NCBI GenBank assembly: GCA_964291285.2
Contig: OZ219786.1
Span: 768,001 to 832,000, forward strand
DNA from: Alphaproteobacteria bacterium
GTDB lineage: Bacteria; Pseudomonadota; Alphaproteobacteria; Bin95
DNA length: 64,000 nucleotides
Direction: 5' to 3'
Below the pieces are notes generated by a model. The model made no database searches, was not told the DNA's origin, and was given only the letters and a program-made list of their open reading frames with translations. Below, in pieces: positions 19,236 to 30,815 of the stretch. Each line of letters begins with the position of its first letter. Position 1 is the stretch's first letter. The position numbers were made by a program, and so were the translations under genes.

Positions 19236-20204
19236 ATGGCCTATCGCGTAATGCTGCAGATGCCCTACACGGCGGGGCTCAAATCGGTGTTCGAGGGGCG
19301 CGACGATATCGCGGTCGAGCGCTTCACCGAACTCACCGAGGACAACATCCTGCAGCATATCGGCAATTATGACGCGGCGATCCTGGGCGTGGCGCCCTTT
19401 ACGCGTCGCATCATCGGCAACGCCGAACGGCTGAAGATCGTCGCCCGCCACGGCGTCGGCTACGACGCGGTCGATGTGCCGGCGCTGACCGAAGCGGGTG
19501 TGCCGCTCGCCGTCGTCGGCACCGCCAATTCGGTCACCGTCGCCGAGCACTCGCTGTTCTTCATGATGGCGCTCGCCAAGCGCGCGCTGCTCTACGACCG
19601 CGAGCTGCGCAAGGGCAATTGGGACATCCGCTTCGCGACGCCGGCCTATGACATTGCCGGGCGGACCGTGCTGATCCTGGGGTTCGGGCGCATCGGCCGC
19701 CGGCTGGTGCCGCGCTGCGTCGCCATGGGCATGAACGTGCTGGTCCACGACCCCTATGTGATCCAGGACGCGATCGCGACCGCAGGCGCAACGCCGGTGG
19801 AGGACTGGCGGGCCATGCTGCCGGAGATCGACTTCCTGTCCGTCAACTGCCCGAAGAACGAGGAGACGGACGGCATGGTGGGCGCCGCCGAACTCGCGGC
19901 GATGAAGTCCACGGCCTTCGTCGTGAACACGGCGCGCGGCAACATCGTCGATGAGAAGGCGCTTTACGACGCGCTCAAGGGCCAGGTGATCGCGGGCGCG
20001 GGCATCGACCCGTTCGTTATCGAGCCGGCCACGGCCGACGAGCCGCTGTTCGAGCTCGACAACATCATCGTCTCACCCCATTCGGCGGGCGTGAGCGAGG
20101 AGTCGATGTTCCGCATGGGCGCGGCCGCCGCGCAGAATGTCGTCGATTGCTTCGACGGCCGGCTCGACCCCGACAATGTCATCAACCGGGAAGTCCTGGG
20201 CTGA
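19236..20204 (+). CDS. D-isomer-specific 2-hydroxyacid dehydrogenase (SerA-like)
   Basis: RHGVGYD, VAEH, GFGRIG, VNTARG and SPHSAG. Confidence 0.9.
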   Translation: MAYRVMLQMPYTAGLKSVFEGRDDIAVERFTELTEDNILQHIGNYDAAILGVAPFTRRIIGNAERLKIVARHGVGYDAVDVPALTEAGVPLAVVGTANSVTVAEHSLFFMMALAKRALLYDRELRKGNWDIRFATPAYDIAGRTVLILGFGRIGRRLVPRCVAMGMNVLVHDPYVIQDAIATAGATPVEDWRAMLPEIDFLSVNCPKNEETDGMVGAAELAAMKSTAFVVNTARGNIVDEKALYDALKGQVIAGAGIDPFVIEPATADEPLFELDNIIVSPHSAGVSEESMFRMGAAAAQNVVDCFDGRLDPDNVINREVLG

Positions 20205-20210
20205 CCGTCT

Positions 20211-21203
20211 TCACTGCATCCGCTCTTCCGGCCGGATGAGGTAGAGGGGCGTCTCGCCGCGAACCGCGCGCAGGCAATTGGCGACGGCGCGGCCGAGAAC
20301 GACCGGGCGGCGGCTGCCGCCGACCGAGGCCGAGTTGTGCGGCGAGCCGATGACGTTCGGCAGGTCGAGCAGCGGCGTGTCGACGCGGAAGCTGCCGTGG
20401 CGGACCGGCTCCACCCACCAGGCATCGAGGCATGCGGTAAAGGACGGCCGGGCGGCGAGGTGGTCGTAGAGGGCGCGCTCGTCGATGATCTCGCCGCGGG
20501 CGAGGTTCACCAGGATGGCGTTGTCCTTCATGCGCCGGAGCGCGTCCGCGCCGATAACCCCTTCGGTCGCAGTGCTGAGCGGCGCGGTGATGAACAGGAT
20601 GTCGACGGCCTCCAGCAACTCGTCCAGCCGGTCCGGCGTGCCGATCCAGTCGGCCGGCTCGTCGCTGGCCCCGCGCCGGTTGATGGCGTGGATGCTCATG
20701 CCGAAGGCGCGCATCAGCCGGGAAACCGCGACGCCGATGCCCCCGAAGCCCAGTATGCCGCAGACGCCGCCGGCCAGCCTGATATTGGGCTCGAACTGGT
20801 TGAAGCGCCCGGCGCGGAGCTCGGCATGCTCGACGAACAGGCGCTTGGCGGCGGCCAGCGCCAGGGCGGCGCCGTGCTCGGCCATCGGCTCGGCGGAGGC
20901 GCCGCCATTGCCGGCGACCGGCAGGTCCGGCGGCAGGTCCCTGAGCGGCATGAAGTCCACGCCGGCAGGCAGCATCTGCAGCAGCCGGGCGCCGGCCAGC
21001 AAAGGCCACTCCTCCCGCCGGAAGTCGTTGCCCGTATGCCGGGCCAGCAGGGCCGCCGCACGTTGCAGCATGCGCGCGCGGGCCTTGGGCGACGGGGCCT
21101 CGGCGAGGTAAAGGAGGGGGCCTTCTTCGCCCCAGGCTTCGGCGATGATGCCGCGGTCCCGCTTGCTGGCGTCGAACGCGACGACAAGGGCGTCTCTCGT
21201 CAA
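20211..21203 (-). CDS. D-isomer-specific 2-hydroxyacid dehydrogenase
   Basis: 3' end of the 1203-aa track ORF: AGVD, MAEH, GFGGIG, VNLARG, LDAWW and SPHNS; TTG start inferred from a GGAG RBS. Confidence 0.82.
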   Translation of the reverse strand: MTRDALVVAFDASKRDRGIIAEAWGEEGPLLYLAEAPSPKARARMLQRAAALLARHTGNDFRREEWPLLAGARLLQMLPAGVDFMPLRDLPPDLPVAGNGGASAEPMAEHGAALALAAAKRLFVEHAELRAGRFNQFEPNIRLAGGVCGILGFGGIGVAVSRLMRAFGMSIHAINRRGASDEPADWIGTPDRLDELLEAVDILFITAPLSTATEGVIGADALRRMKDNAILVNLARGEIIDERALYDHLAARPSFTACLDAWWVEPVRHGSFRVDTPLLDLPNVIGSPHNSASVGGSRRPVVLGRAVANCLRAVRGETPLYLIRPEERMQ

Positions 21204-21220
21204 GGTCTGCAGTCTCCGGG

Positions 21221-22108
21221 TCAGGGCGCGCGCCTGGCCAGCACGGCCTCGCGATAGCCGATATACATGCCAGACGCCACAATCATGCCCGCCCCGACCC
21301 AGGTCCAGAGGTCCGGGAAGTAGCCGAAGACGACGAAGCCGAGCAGAGCCGCGAAGATGAGGTGGCTGTAGTTGAACGGCGCGATGACGGATGCGGGGCC
21401 GCTGCCGAAGGCGATCGTGTACAGATAGTGGCCGAGGCCCGAGAGCAGGCCGAGGGACACGATCATGCCGATTTCGACGGGGGCGGCGGGCGTTCGCCAG
21501 TCGCCCCAGACGACGAGGCTGAGCGCGGCCGTTCCGACCACGGTGGCGATGGTGGCCGACGTCGCCGCGTCCTCGCCTGCGGAGAGCTTGCGCGTCAGCA
21601 GCGAGTAGAACGCACTGGTGAAGGCCGAACCGACCGTGAAGACGATCTGCCAGGGCGTGTCGCCGAAACCGGGGCGGATGATGACGAGCGCGCCGATGAA
21701 GCCGACGACGACCGCCGACCAGCGGCGCGGGCCGACCCGCTCGCCCAGTACCGGTCCCGAAAGCGCCGTTATGAGCACCGGCCCCAGCATGGTGATGGCC
21801 GCCGCGGTCGCGAGCGGCACCCACTTGATCGCCAGGAAGAAGCACAATGACGAGGACAGCAGGCAGGCGCCGCGAAGGATCTGCGCCGCCGGGCGCGCGG
21901 TCCTGAGCAGCAGGAAGCGCCGCCCGCGCACCGGCGTGAAGACCGCGAGCATGAAGAGCAGCGCGCCGGCATAACGGGCCCAGACGAGCTGCACGGGCCC
22001 GTAATCCGCCCTCAGCATCTTCACCTCGACATTGAGGATGGAGAAGAGCGCGACGGCAGAGACCACGAGCAGGATCGCCAGTCCGATGCGGTCGCGGGGC
22101 CGGTCCAT
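21221..22108 (-). CDS. DMT/EamA family transporter
   Basis: About 10 TM helices; VPLATA, LGERVGPRRW, IIRPG and IAPFNY. Confidence 0.88.
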   Translation of the reverse strand: MDRPRDRIGLAILLVVSAVALFSILNVEVKMLRADYGPVQLVWARYAGALLFMLAVFTPVRGRRFLLLRTARPAAQILRGACLLSSSLCFFLAIKWVPLATAAAITMLGPVLITALSGPVLGERVGPRRWSAVVVGFIGALVIIRPGFGDTPWQIVFTVGSAFTSAFYSLLTRKLSAGEDAATSATIATVVGTAALSLVVWGDWRTPAAPVEIGMIVSLGLLSGLGHYLYTIAFGSGPASVIAPFNYSHLIFAALLGFVVFGYFPDLWTWVGAGMIVASGMYIGYREAVLARRAP

Positions 22109-22129
22109 GGGATGCAGGCGCGGGCCGGG

Positions 22130-25100
22130 CTACTGGGCGGCGGCTGCGCTTGCGAGCTGGCGGTGGACGAGCGCGGCGTAGAGGCCCCGCCGCGCCAGCA
22201 ATTCGCCGTGCGTGCCGGTTTCGACCAGCCTGCCGCCGTCGAGCACGACGATCTTGTCGGCGTCCCGGACGGTGGACAGCCGGTGGGCGATGACGACGGT
22301 GGTCCTGTCGGCCTTCAGCACGTCCAGCGCGCGGCGCACGGCGAGCTCGTTGAGCGCGTCCAGATGGCTGGTGGCTTCGTCCAGGATCAGGATGGGCGCG
22401 TCCTTCAGGAACGCCCGCGCGATGGCGACCCGCTGGCGCTGCCCGCCGGAGAGGCTGGCGCCGCGCTCGCCCACTATCGTTTCCAGCCCGTCCGGCAGGG
22501 TCCGGACCAGCGGGCCCAGCGCGGCATGGTCGAGGGCTGCCGCGAGCTCGGCTTCGCTTGCCGAGGGCCGGGCGATCATGACATTCGCGCGCAGTGTGTC
22601 GTTGAACAGGTACGTATCCTGCGAGACCAGCGCGATGCGGCTGCGCAGGTCGTCGAGCCTGTAGTCGCGCAGGTCCACGCCGTTGAGCATGATGCGCCCG
22701 GCATCCGGGTCCCAGAAGCGCATCAGCAATTGCGCCGTGGTGGTCTTGCCCGCACCCGATGCCCCGACCAGCGCCACCGTCCTGCCGGCCGGGATGGTCA
22801 CCGTCACCTCGCCGAGCGCCCGCCGGTGCTGGCCGGGATAGGCGAAGCTCACGCCCTCGAGCGAGAGGCCCGCCCCGGCGTCGCCGCCCTGTTCCGCGCC
22901 CGGCCCGTCCGCCACCGGCACCGGCTCGTTCTCCAGCGCGTAGTAGCGCCGGGTGGCGCCCAGCGTGTCCGCAAGCCGCCGGCCGATATGAGCGATTTCC
23001 GAGACCGGCAGGAAGGCGGACATGGCGAGCAGGGCAAGCAGCGGCAGGAGCCCGGCATCGACCGCACCGGCCTGGACCAGCAGCGCCCCGCTCACCACCA
23101 CCGCAAGGCCGCCCAGGCCGGTGAACACCTCCAGCAGGCTTTCCTGCAAGGTCACCTCGCCGAAGAAGGGCAGGCGAAGCGCGATATGCCGGTCGGCCAG
23201 CCGGTCGAAGCCGTCCGCGCGGCGGCGCTCGTCCTGGAAGGAGACGATTTCGCCGAGCCCCTGGACGGAATCGATGGCATAGGCGCCGAGCTCGCCCGCC
23301 GCCTCGCGCGCCCGGGAGCCGAGCCGGTCCACCCGGCCCCGCATCAGGAAGGGGCTGAGGCCGACGGCCGCGAGGAACGGAACCAGCGCGAGCGCAATCC
23401 ACGGGCTCGCCGCGCCCAGCACAAAGATGACGATGGCCGGGACCAGCACCGCGACGAAGGCGGGCGCCACCGTGTGGGCGAAGAAATACTCGATGAGCTC
23501 GATATCGTGCGTGGCGAGGTTCATCAGGTCGCCGGTCCGCCGCCGCACGAGATAGGCCGGCGCCAGCTTGTCCAGCTTGCGGAAGGCGTCGATCCGCATC
23601 TCCGCCAGCAGCCGGTAGGCCATGTCGTGCGCGACCCAGGATTCGAGCCAGTGCACGATGCCGGCCAGGGGCGCCAGCACCCAGAGCCAGACCAGCAGGT
23701 GGTCGTAAGCCTGGCCGTTCTTCAGGCTGAAGACGATGAGCGCGCTCACCGCGCCGACGCCGATGAAGGCAAGGACGCGCACGACGCCGAACAGGAAGGT
23801 GAGGCCGAGGCGCCCCTTCCACGGCAGGATCACGCGCATCAGCGCGGCGACCACCTGGAGCCAGGACAGGCCCTCCGCCCTGATGACCCCTTCGGTGGGC
23901 GCCAGCTTCGCCCCGCCGGGCGTCGTGTCCAGGGTCTCGGTGGTCGGGCGGTCCGGGGCGTCGATGAGAAGGTCGCCCTCCCGCTCCTCGGACTCGCGCG
24001 CCTGCTCGCGCATGAGCGAGGCATAGACGCCGCCCGGCAGGCCCATGAGTTCGCCGTGCGAGCCGCTTTCGACGACCCGCCCCTCCTCCATCGCGAGGAT
24101 GCGGTCGCAGTCGATGACGCTGGAGAGCCGGTGCGCCAGGATCAGCACCGTGCGCCCCTGCATCAGCCGGTCGAGCGCCTCCTGGATCACCGCCTCATTG
24201 TCGGCATCCACGGCGGAGAGCGCCTCGTCCAGCACCAGGATCGGTGTGTCGCGCAGCACCGCGCGGGCAATCGCGACCCGCTGGCGCTGCCCGCCCGAAA
24301 GCTTGATCCCCTTCTCGCCGATGATCGTGTCGTAGCCGTCCGGCAGCGTGTCGATGAAGCCCCTGATGTTGGCGATGCGCGCCGCCTCCTCGACCTCCTC
24401 GCGGCTGGCGTCCGGGCGGCCCATGCGGATGTTCTCGCCGATGGTGCCGTGGAACAGGAAGGTGTCCTGGTTGACGACCGAGATGTTCCGGCGGATCTGC
24501 GCGAAGCTCATGTCCCGGAGGTCGATGCCGCCGAGCGTGACGCGCCCGGCGTCCGGATCGAAGAAGCGCAGCAGCAGGCGCACGATGGAGGTCTTGCCGC
24601 AGCCGCTCTGCCCGACCACGCCGATGCGCTCGCCCGGCGAGACCGAGAAGGAAAGCCCCCGGTGCGCCGGTCCGCGCGCGCCGGGATAGCGGAAGGTCAC
24701 GTTCTCGAAGGCGATGGCCGGCTCCAGCGGGTCCGCCTCTGTATTCTCCGGGCCGTCCGCGACTTCCGGTTCGGCATCCAGGATGCCGTAGATGCCCTGG
24801 GCCGCCGACATCCCGACCATGCCCTGGTGGAGCACGGCGCGCAGATCCCGCATCGGGCGGAAAATCTCCACGCCCATCATCAGGATGACGAGCAGGCCGA
24901 CGAGTTCCATCTCGCCGGAAACGACTCTTGACGCGCCGAGCGCCAGCGCCGCGGCCGCGCCGACGGCGATCATGCAGTCGGTGATGCCGCGCGAGAGCAC
25001 GTTCGTGCCGAGCACCCACATGGTGCGCCGGAACAGCTCGCGCGCCTTCGCAGTCAGCAGGTCGGCGCGCGCCGCGCTCTGCCCGAAGGCCTTGAGCGTG

Positions 25101-25717
25101 CCGAGGCCTTGGATGGAATCGAGGAATTCGGCGGCGAAATCGGCGTAGGCGCGCTGCCGGCTGCGCGAATTCATCACGTCGCGGCTGTGCCAGGCGGCAG
25201 GCAGGAAGAGCGCGGCGAGCGCGAAGGCGAACAGCACCGCCGCCACCGGAAGGTCGATAAACGCCACGAAGGCAAAGATGAGCAGCGGCGTCAGGAACGA
25301 CACCAGCAGCTGCGGCAGATATTGCCCGAAATAGGTTTCGAGCTGCTCGACGCCGTCCACCAGCGAGAGCGTGAGCGCGCCCGAACGCCGCTGCCCGGCA
25401 TAGGAGGGCCCCAGCGCCGCGATGCGGTCGAACAGCGTCCGGCGGAGCCGCTTCTGGACGAGTGCGGCGGTCCTGTGCGCGACGATGGTCCGCCAGTGCT
25501 CGCAGGCGCCGCGCGCCGCCATCACCGCGGCGATGCCGAGTATCGGCCAGACGAGTTCGCCTGCCGTGTCGCCCGCGAACACGCGCCCGATCAGCCAGCC
25601 GAGCAACGCCAGCCGCGCCACGCCGAGCGCCGCCGCCAGCAGCCCGACCGACATGGACAGGAAGATGCGCCCGCGCACGCCCTCGGTGAAGCGCCACAGG
25701 CGAAGCTCTAGATGCAT
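22130..25717 (-). CDS. Full-length fused ABC transporter (TMD-NBD-TMD-NBD; CydDC/YbtPQ/IrtAB-like)
   Basis: Two Walker A motifs (GQSGCGKT, GASGAGKT), two LSGGQRQR signatures, LDEALS and LDEATS. Confidence 0.9.
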   Translation of the reverse strand: MHLELRLWRFTEGVRGRIFLSMSVGLLAAALGVARLALLGWLIGRVFAGDTAGELVWPILGIAAVMAARGACEHWRTIVAHRTAALVQKRLRRTLFDRIAALGPSYAGQRRSGALTLSLVDGVEQLETYFGQYLPQLLVSFLTPLLIFAFVAFIDLPVAAVLFAFALAALFLPAAWHSRDVMNSRSRQRAYADFAAEFLDSIQGLGTLKAFGQSAARADLLTAKARELFRRTMWVLGTNVLSRGITDCMIAVGAAAALALGASRVVSGEMELVGLLVILMMGVEIFRPMRDLRAVLHQGMVGMSAAQGIYGILDAEPEVADGPENTEADPLEPAIAFENVTFRYPGARGPAHRGLSFSVSPGERIGVVGQSGCGKTSIVRLLLRFFDPDAGRVTLGGIDLRDMSFAQIRRNISVVNQDTFLFHGTIGENIRMGRPDASREEVEEAARIANIRGFIDTLPDGYDTIIGEKGIKLSGGQRQRVAIARAVLRDTPILVLDEALSAVDADNEAVIQEALDRLMQGRTVLILAHRLSSVIDCDRILAMEEGRVVESGSHGELMGLPGGVYASLMREQARESEEREGDLLIDAPDRPTTETLDTTPGGAKLAPTEGVIRAEGLSWLQVVAALMRVILPWKGRLGLTFLFGVVRVLAFIGVGAVSALIVFSLKNGQAYDHLLVWLWVLAPLAGIVHWLESWVAHDMAYRLLAEMRIDAFRKLDKLAPAYLVRRRTGDLMNLATHDIELIEYFFAHTVAPAFVAVLVPAIVIFVLGAASPWIALALVPFLAAVGLSPFLMRGRVDRLGSRAREAAGELGAYAIDSVQGLGEIVSFQDERRRADGFDRLADRHIALRLPFFGEVTLQESLLEVFTGLGGLAVVVSGALLVQAGAVDAGLLPLLALLAMSAFLPVSEIAHIGRRLADTLGATRRYYALENEPVPVADGPGAEQGGDAGAGLSLEGVSFAYPGQHRRALGEVTVTIPAGRTVALVGASGAGKTTTAQLLMRFWDPDAGRIMLNGVDLRDYRLDDLRSRIALVSQDTYLFNDTLRANVMIARPSASEAELAAALDHAALGPLVRTLPDGLETIVGERGASLSGGQRQRVAIARAFLKDAPILILDEATSHLDALNELAVRRALDVLKADRTTVVIAHRLSTVRDADKIVVLDGGRLVETGTHGELLARRGLYAALVHRQLASAAAAQ

Positions 25718-25804
25718 GGCCCCCTTCCAGACGCGGCCGAAACCGGGCCCGCAAAAGCCGGACGCGGCCCCGGCGGCCCGGTTTGGGCGGAAACCGCCGC
25801 CGTG

Positions 25805-26455
25805 TCAACGAGGTCCGGGGGAAGCCGCCGCACCGGCAGCCAGTCCTCCGGCGGCCGTGATGAACCCGACCACGTCGGAGAGGCCCTCGCCGGTCTTGAG
25901 GTTGGTGAAGACCCAGGGGCGGCCGCCGCGCATCCGGTCCGTATCCGAGCGCATGACATCGAGATTCGCGCCGACCAGCGGGGCGAGATCGATCTTGTTG
26001 ATGACCAGGAGGTCGGAGCGCGTGATGCCCGGACCGCCCTTGCGCGGGATCTTCTCGCCGGCCGCCACGTCGATCACATAGATGGTGATGTCGGCCAGTT
26101 CCGGACTGAAGGTGGCTGCGAGATTGTCGCCGCCCGACTCGATCAGGCAGAGCTCGGCGGAAGGAAAGCGGCTGCACATGTCCGCTATCGCGGAAAGGTT
26201 GATCGAGGCGTCCTCACGGATCGCGGTATGCGGGCAGCCGCCCGTCTCCACGCCCTCGATCCGCTCCGCCGGAAGCGCGCCCGCCTCGGTCAGGATCCGC
26301 TGGTCCTCCTTGGTGTAGATGTCGTTGGTGATGACGAACAGGTCGTGGCGGTCGCGCAGGCTCTTGCACAAGGCTTCGGCCAGTGCCGTCTTGCCGGAGC
26401 CGACGGGTCCGCCGATGCCGACGCGCAGCGGTCCGTGGGGAGAGGGGAGGGTCAT
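25805..26455 (-). CDS. ureG: Urease accessory GTPase
   Basis: [31 protein letters not shown] and NKID. Confidence 0.97.
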   Translation of the reverse strand: MTLPSPHGPLRVGIGGPVGSGKTALAEALCKSLRDRHDLFVITNDIYTKEDQRILTEAGALPAERIEGVETGGCPHTAIREDASINLSAIADMCSRFPSAELCLIESGGDNLAATFSPELADITIYVIDVAAGEKIPRKGGPGITRSDLLVINKIDLAPLVGANLDVMRSDTDRMRGGRPWVFTNLKTGEGLSDVVGFITAAGGLAAGAAASPGPR

Positions 26456-27129
26456 GATCTGAAGATCCTCGAATACTGGGTTTCGTGGCGCATGGAGAAG
26501 ATGTCGGCAGCGGGAGCGGCGGCGCCGGTTTCCTCCGGCGGAGTCGCGGCGGCAAGCGCGGCAGCCTCGAGAACTGCAGGCTCCAGGGCGGCCGTGATCT
26601 TCTGGCCGTCGGTCTGGCCGAGCGGCACGAGCCGGACCCCCGCCGAGACGATCATGGCCGCAAAGGCGTGCAAGTAACAGATGAGCGCCGGCTCCAGCGC
26701 GACGCCATGCGCGGAGGACGCGAAGCCGGCGGCTATGCATAGCGGCGGCCGCTCCTCCAGCACTTCGGCGAGCATATCGATGGCCGGATGGGGCCACGCA
26801 GCGCGAGTCGTGTTCAGGAACGCCTCGCCCTGGCGTTCGGACTCAAGCGCGAACTCGGCGGTTCCGGTCCAGGCGCGGGCCTCGTCTGCCAGCGCGGCCG
26901 CCGCGACGGCATCCGGCGCGGCCCTGTGTGCGGCGGCGAAGAACACGCCGTCCACCTGCCCCGCGCCGTGTAGGAGCAGCCATTCCGTCCAATCGGCCAA
27001 GCTCTGCCGGTCGTGTATCGATCCCGCCTCCACCGCCGCTTCCAAGCCGTGGCTGTAGGCGAAACCGCCAACCGGGAAGGCGGGCGAGAACCAGGCCTGG
27101 AGCCGCAGCAGGTCGCCGGGGCCGGTCAT
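26452..27129 (-). CDS. ureF: Urease accessory protein
   Basis: [28 protein letters not shown] and [11 protein letters not shown]. Confidence 0.96.
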   Translation of the reverse strand: MTGPGDLLRLQAWFSPAFPVGGFAYSHGLEAAVEAGSIHDRQSLADWTEWLLLHGAGQVDGVFFAAAHRAAPDAVAAAALADEARAWTGTAEFALESERQGEAFLNTTRAAWPHPAIDMLAEVLEERPPLCIAAGFASSAHGVALEPALICYLHAFAAMIVSAGVRLVPLGQTDGQKITAALEPAVLEAAALAAATPPEETGAAAPAADIFSMRHETQYSRIFRS

Positions 27130-27602
27130 GAGTGATCGTGTCCGTGGCCATGACCGTGGTCATGGCTGTGGCCGGAATAGGCGCCGCCCTCGGGCTGGAA
27201 GGCCTCGACCGTCTCCGTCACGGCGCCCCCGAGATTTCGCAGCATGTCCGCCAGCACATGGTCGGGGCGGATGAGAATCGCGTCCGCGCGGATTTCCGCC
27301 GGCGTGTGCCGGTTGCCGAGATGCCAGGCAAGCCGCGCCGCCAGTTCCGGCGTGGCGGCGGCTATCCGCAGGACCGGCTCGGGCCGGGCGGCGACCCCAA
27401 TCCAGCCGCCGTCGGCGCAGCGGAGGCCGTCCCCTTCGGCCATCGCGACCGCCTTCGGCAGGTCGAGCAGCACCGCCTCGCCCTCGACCGTCTCCAGCCT
27501 GAGGCGGCGGCGGTGCCGGTCGTCGAAGGCGAGGCTGACGCGCCCTGCCGCCTCGTGCTCCGGCCAGTGCCCGCGCGGGCGGTGTTCGACAGCGCGCCGC
27601 AT
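27126..27602 (-). CDS. ureE: Urease nickel chaperone
   Basis: DDRHRRR, AWHLGNRH, FQPEGGAY and a His-rich tail. Confidence 0.95.
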   Translation of the reverse strand: MRRAVEHRPRGHWPEHEAAGRVSLAFDDRHRRRLRLETVEGEAVLLDLPKAVAMAEGDGLRCADGGWIGVAARPEPVLRIAAATPELAARLAWHLGNRHTPAEIRADAILIRPDHVLADMLRNLGGAVTETVEAFQPEGGAYSGHSHDHGHGHGHDHS

Positions 27603-27606
27603 CGCC

Positions 27607-29304
27607 CTAGAACAGGAAGTAGCGCTGCGCCATCGACAGCACTTCCGCCGGCTCGCAGGTAAGCAGCGCACCGCCCGCGCGCACCTCGTAGGTTTCGGGA
27701 TCGACTTCGATATCGGGCATGAGGTCGTTCAGCACCATGTTCCCCTTTCCGATGGTCCGCGTGCCGCGCACGGGCTCCAGCCGCCGGGCGGTGTCGAAAC
27801 CCGCATCGAGCCCGGCCTCGCTGACGAAGGTGACGGAGGTCGCCGGCCGCGCCCGCCCGAAGCCTGCGAACATCGGACGGAAATGTTCGGGCTGCGGCGT
27901 CGGGATGGAGGCGTTGGGGTCTCCCATGACGGCGGCTGCGATCATGCCCCCCTTTATCACCAGGTCCGGTTTCACGCCGAAGAAGGCCGGCGACCAGATG
28001 ACGAGATCGGCCAGCTTGCCGGCCTCGACGGAGCCGATATGGTCCGCCATGCCGTGCGCGATGGCGGGGTTGATGGTGTATTTGGCGATATAGCGCCGGG
28101 CGCGCAGATTGTCGTTTTCGCCGCTCTCGCCCTCCAGCCGGCCGAACTGGCGCTTCATCTTGTCGGCCGTCTGCCATGTGCGGATCGGGACCTCGCCGAC
28201 CCGGCCCATCGCCTGGCTGTCCGACGCGATGATCGAGAACGCCCCCATGTCGTGCAGGATGTCCTCGGCCGCGATGGTCTCCTTGCGGATGCGGCTCTCG
28301 GCGAAGGCCACATCCTCGGCGATGCGCGGGTCCAGATGGTGGCAGACCATGAGCATGTCGAGATGCTCGTCCACCGTGTTGACCGTGTAGGGGCGGGTCG
28401 GGTTGGTCGAAGAGGGCAGCACATTGGCGAGCCCGCAGACCTTGATGATGTCCGGCGCATGGCCGCCGCCCGCCCCTTCGGTGTGGAAGGCGTGGATCGT
28501 GCGGCCCTTGAAGGCGGCGACGGTGTGTTCGACGAACCCCGACTCGTTGAGCGTGTCGGTGTGGATCATCACCTGGACGTCCATCGCGTCGGCGACGCCG
28601 AGGCAGGCGTCGATGGCGGCCGGCGTCGTGCCCCAGTCCTCGTGGAGCTTGAGTGCGCAGGCGCCCGCCCGCACCTGCTCCTCCAGCGCGGCCGGCAGGC
28701 TCGCATTGCCCTTGCCGGCGAAACCGAGGTTCATGGCGAAACCGTCGGCCGCCTCGATCATCCGCTGCAGGTGCCAGGGGCCCGGCGTGCAGGTGGTGGC
28801 GTTGGTGCCGGTGGCGGGGCCGGTGCCGCCGCCCATCATGGTCGTGATGCCGGAGGCCAGCGCCTCCTCGATCTGCTGCGGGCAGATGAAGTGGATATGG
28901 CAGTCGAAGCCGCCGGCGGTGACGATCTTGCCCTCGCCGGCGACAATCTCGGTGCCGGGTCCGATGACGATGTCCACGCCGTCCTGGATGTCGGGGTTCC
29001 CCGCCTTGCCGACGGCCAGGATGCGCCCGTCGCGAATGCCGATATCGGCCTTCACGACGCCCCAGTGGTCGAGGATCAGCGCGTTGGTCACCACCGTGTC
29101 GGCCGCGCCCTCGGCCCGCGTCGCCTGGGACTGGCCCATGCCGTCGCGGATGACCTTGCCGCCGCCGAATTTCACTTCGTCGCCATAGGCGGTGAAATCC
29201 CGCTCGACCTCGATGAAGAGTTCGGTGTCGGCAAGGCGGACCCGGTCGCCCACGGTCGGCCCGAACATGTCCGCATAGTCCCGGCGGGAAATCGCATAGG
29301 CCAT
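27607..29304 (-). CDS. ureC: Urease alpha subunit
   Basis: [34 protein letters not shown] and SDSQAMGR. Confidence 0.98.
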   Translation of the reverse strand: MAYAISRRDYADMFGPTVGDRVRLADTELFIEVERDFTAYGDEVKFGGGKVIRDGMGQSQATRAEGAADTVVTNALILDHWGVVKADIGIRDGRILAVGKAGNPDIQDGVDIVIGPGTEIVAGEGKIVTAGGFDCHIHFICPQQIEEALASGITTMMGGGTGPATGTNATTCTPGPWHLQRMIEAADGFAMNLGFAGKGNASLPAALEEQVRAGACALKLHEDWGTTPAAIDACLGVADAMDVQVMIHTDTLNESGFVEHTVAAFKGRTIHAFHTEGAGGGHAPDIIKVCGLANVLPSSTNPTRPYTVNTVDEHLDMLMVCHHLDPRIAEDVAFAESRIRKETIAAEDILHDMGAFSIIASDSQAMGRVGEVPIRTWQTADKMKRQFGRLEGESGENDNLRARRYIAKYTINPAIAHGMADHIGSVEAGKLADLVIWSPAFFGVKPDLVIKGGMIAAAVMGDPNASIPTPQPEHFRPMFAGFGRARPATSVTFVSEAGLDAGFDTARRLEPVRGTRTIGKGNMVLNDLMPDIEVDPETYEVRAGGALLTCEPAEVLSMAQRYFLF

Positions 29305-29305
29305 G

Positions 29306-29623
29306 TCAGCGCTTCCCGTCGAGCGCGCCCATGACGCGCCCGTTGAAGCCGACGGCGCGCCGGGTGCCGCGATAGGGGACCAGAGGCGCAAGGCGCGTCT
29401 GGCCCGGCTCGAAGCGCATGGCGGTGCCGGCGGGGATGTCGAGGCGCCACCCCAGCGCCCGCTCGCGGTCGAACTGCAGCGCCGGATTGACCTCGAAGAA
29501 ATGGAAGTGGCTGCCGACCTGGACGGGCCGGTCGCCGCTGTTCGCGACTTCGATCTCGACGGTCTCGAGGCCCTGGTTGAGCAGGAGCTCGCCCTCGGCA
29601 GTCAGGATTTCGCCCGGAATCAT
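29306..29623 (-). CDS. ureB: Urease beta subunit
   Basis: [20 protein letters not shown] and [15 protein letters not shown]. Confidence 0.97.
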   Translation of the reverse strand: MIPGEILTAEGELLLNQGLETVEIEVANSGDRPVQVGSHFHFFEVNPALQFDRERALGWRLDIPAGTAMRFEPGQTRLAPLVPYRGTRRAVGFNGRVMGALDGKR

Positions 29624-29634
29624 CGCATCCCCCC

Positions 29635-29937
29635 TCAGCGGATCGGGTTGTGGACGGTGACCAGCTTCACCCCGTCGGGGAAGGTCGCCTCCACCTGTAC
29701 GTCGTGGATCATCTCGGCCACGCCCTCCATCACCTGCTCCCGCGAGATGACATGCGCGCCCGTCTCCATCAGCTCGGCGACGCGCCGCCCGTCGCGCGCG
29801 CCCTCGACGACGAAGTCGGAAATGAGCGCCACGGCTTCGGGATGGTTGAGCCGCACGCCGCGCTCCAGCCGGCGGCGGGCGACGATGGCGGCCATGGCGA
29901 CCAGCAGTTTGTCCTCTTCGCGCGGGGTGAGACGCAT
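29635..29937 (-). CDS. ureA: Urease gamma subunit
   Basis: [17 protein letters not shown] and [14 protein letters not shown]. Confidence 0.97.
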   Translation of the reverse strand: MRLTPREEDKLLVAMAAIVARRRLERGVRLNHPEAVALISDFVVEGARDGRRVAELMETGAHVISREQVMEGVAEMIHDVQVEATFPDGVKLVTVHNPIR

Positions 29938-29954
29938 GGGCTAACCGTCCTCCT

Positions 29955-30815
29955 TCAGCAAAGCCAGACGCGCGGTGCCAGCGCCGGACGGCCGAATGCG
30001 GACGCGCGGAACAGGCCGAGCAGTTTCGCAAGTTCGCGCTTGAACGCGCCGCCCTCGCGGGCGAGGAACCGCACCGCCACCAGCCCCCGGACCGCGCTCG
30101 CACCCGCGAATGCCGACATGCCCGCCAGCAGGCCGCGGAGCTCCTCCAGGCGGTCCGGCGCATCCGGCGCGGCATAGATCAGCGTCGCCGATACGCGCGC
30201 GCCGCGAAGGCCGGCCTCCGACGCGGCCGCAGGCCCGAACGCGCCGCTACCGATGCGAAGCGTATCCCGCCAGACGGGCCGGCCGTCCCGGTCGATCCGC
30301 CAGCGGTCGGCGAGGCCGCCCTTCGTCATCCGCTCGCCATACGCGGCGCGGCCGAACACCAGCGTCTCGACCGCCAGCAGCCGCGCATCGCCCGCCATGT
30401 CCACCTCGATCCGGCGGTTGAGCCGCGCGCCGTCGAACAGGATCGTTTCCTGCGGCAGCCATTCCAGCGCAGCGCCCGGCCCGAGGGTGAGCCGCGTCAC
30501 CCACTCCGCCGGCGCGTCGATGGCGCGATACACCTTCTCGGCCGCCTGGCCGGACACGATAGCCTCCGCCCCCGGCCCGGCCGCTATCCCGACCTCGCAC
30601 CGGTCGCCGCCTGCGATGCCGCCCGCCAGGTTTGCGACCACCGCTTCCGGCACGCCGTTCGCAGGGCGCGGTGTCAATATCCGCATCGGCGCGCGGGAAT
30701 AACGCTCAACGAGCGCACTGCCGCCGTCCTGCGCCTCGAAGCGCAGCACCGCCCGCCCCCGGCTCCGCTGGAGCGCGCGGTCAGACGCTGAGACGGCGCT
30801 GCAATTCGTCTTCAT
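29955..30815 (-). CDS. ureD: Urease accessory protein (start uncertain)
   Basis: [18 protein letters not shown] and [11 protein letters not shown]. Confidence 0.92.
   Translation of the reverse strand: MKTNCSAVSASDRALQRSRGRAVLRFEAQDGGSALVERYSRAPMRILTPRPANGVPEAVVANLAGGIAGGDRCEVGIAAGPGAEAIVSGQAAEKVYRAIDAPAEWVTRLTLGPGAALEWLPQETILFDGARLNRRIEVDMAGDARLLAVETLVFGRAAYGERMTKGGLADRWRIDRDGRPVWRDTLRIGSGAFGPAAASEAGLRGARVSATLIYAAPDAPDRLEELRGLLAGMSAFAGASAVRGLVAVRFLAREGGAFKRELAKLLGLFRASAFGRPALAPRVWLC

Noticed and set aside
21204-23822. N-terminal 870 aa of the 1203-aa minus-strand ORF, as a large fusion protein
   Set aside because: Out-of-frame overlap with the DMT and ABC genes; only the last 330 aa form a dehydrogenase
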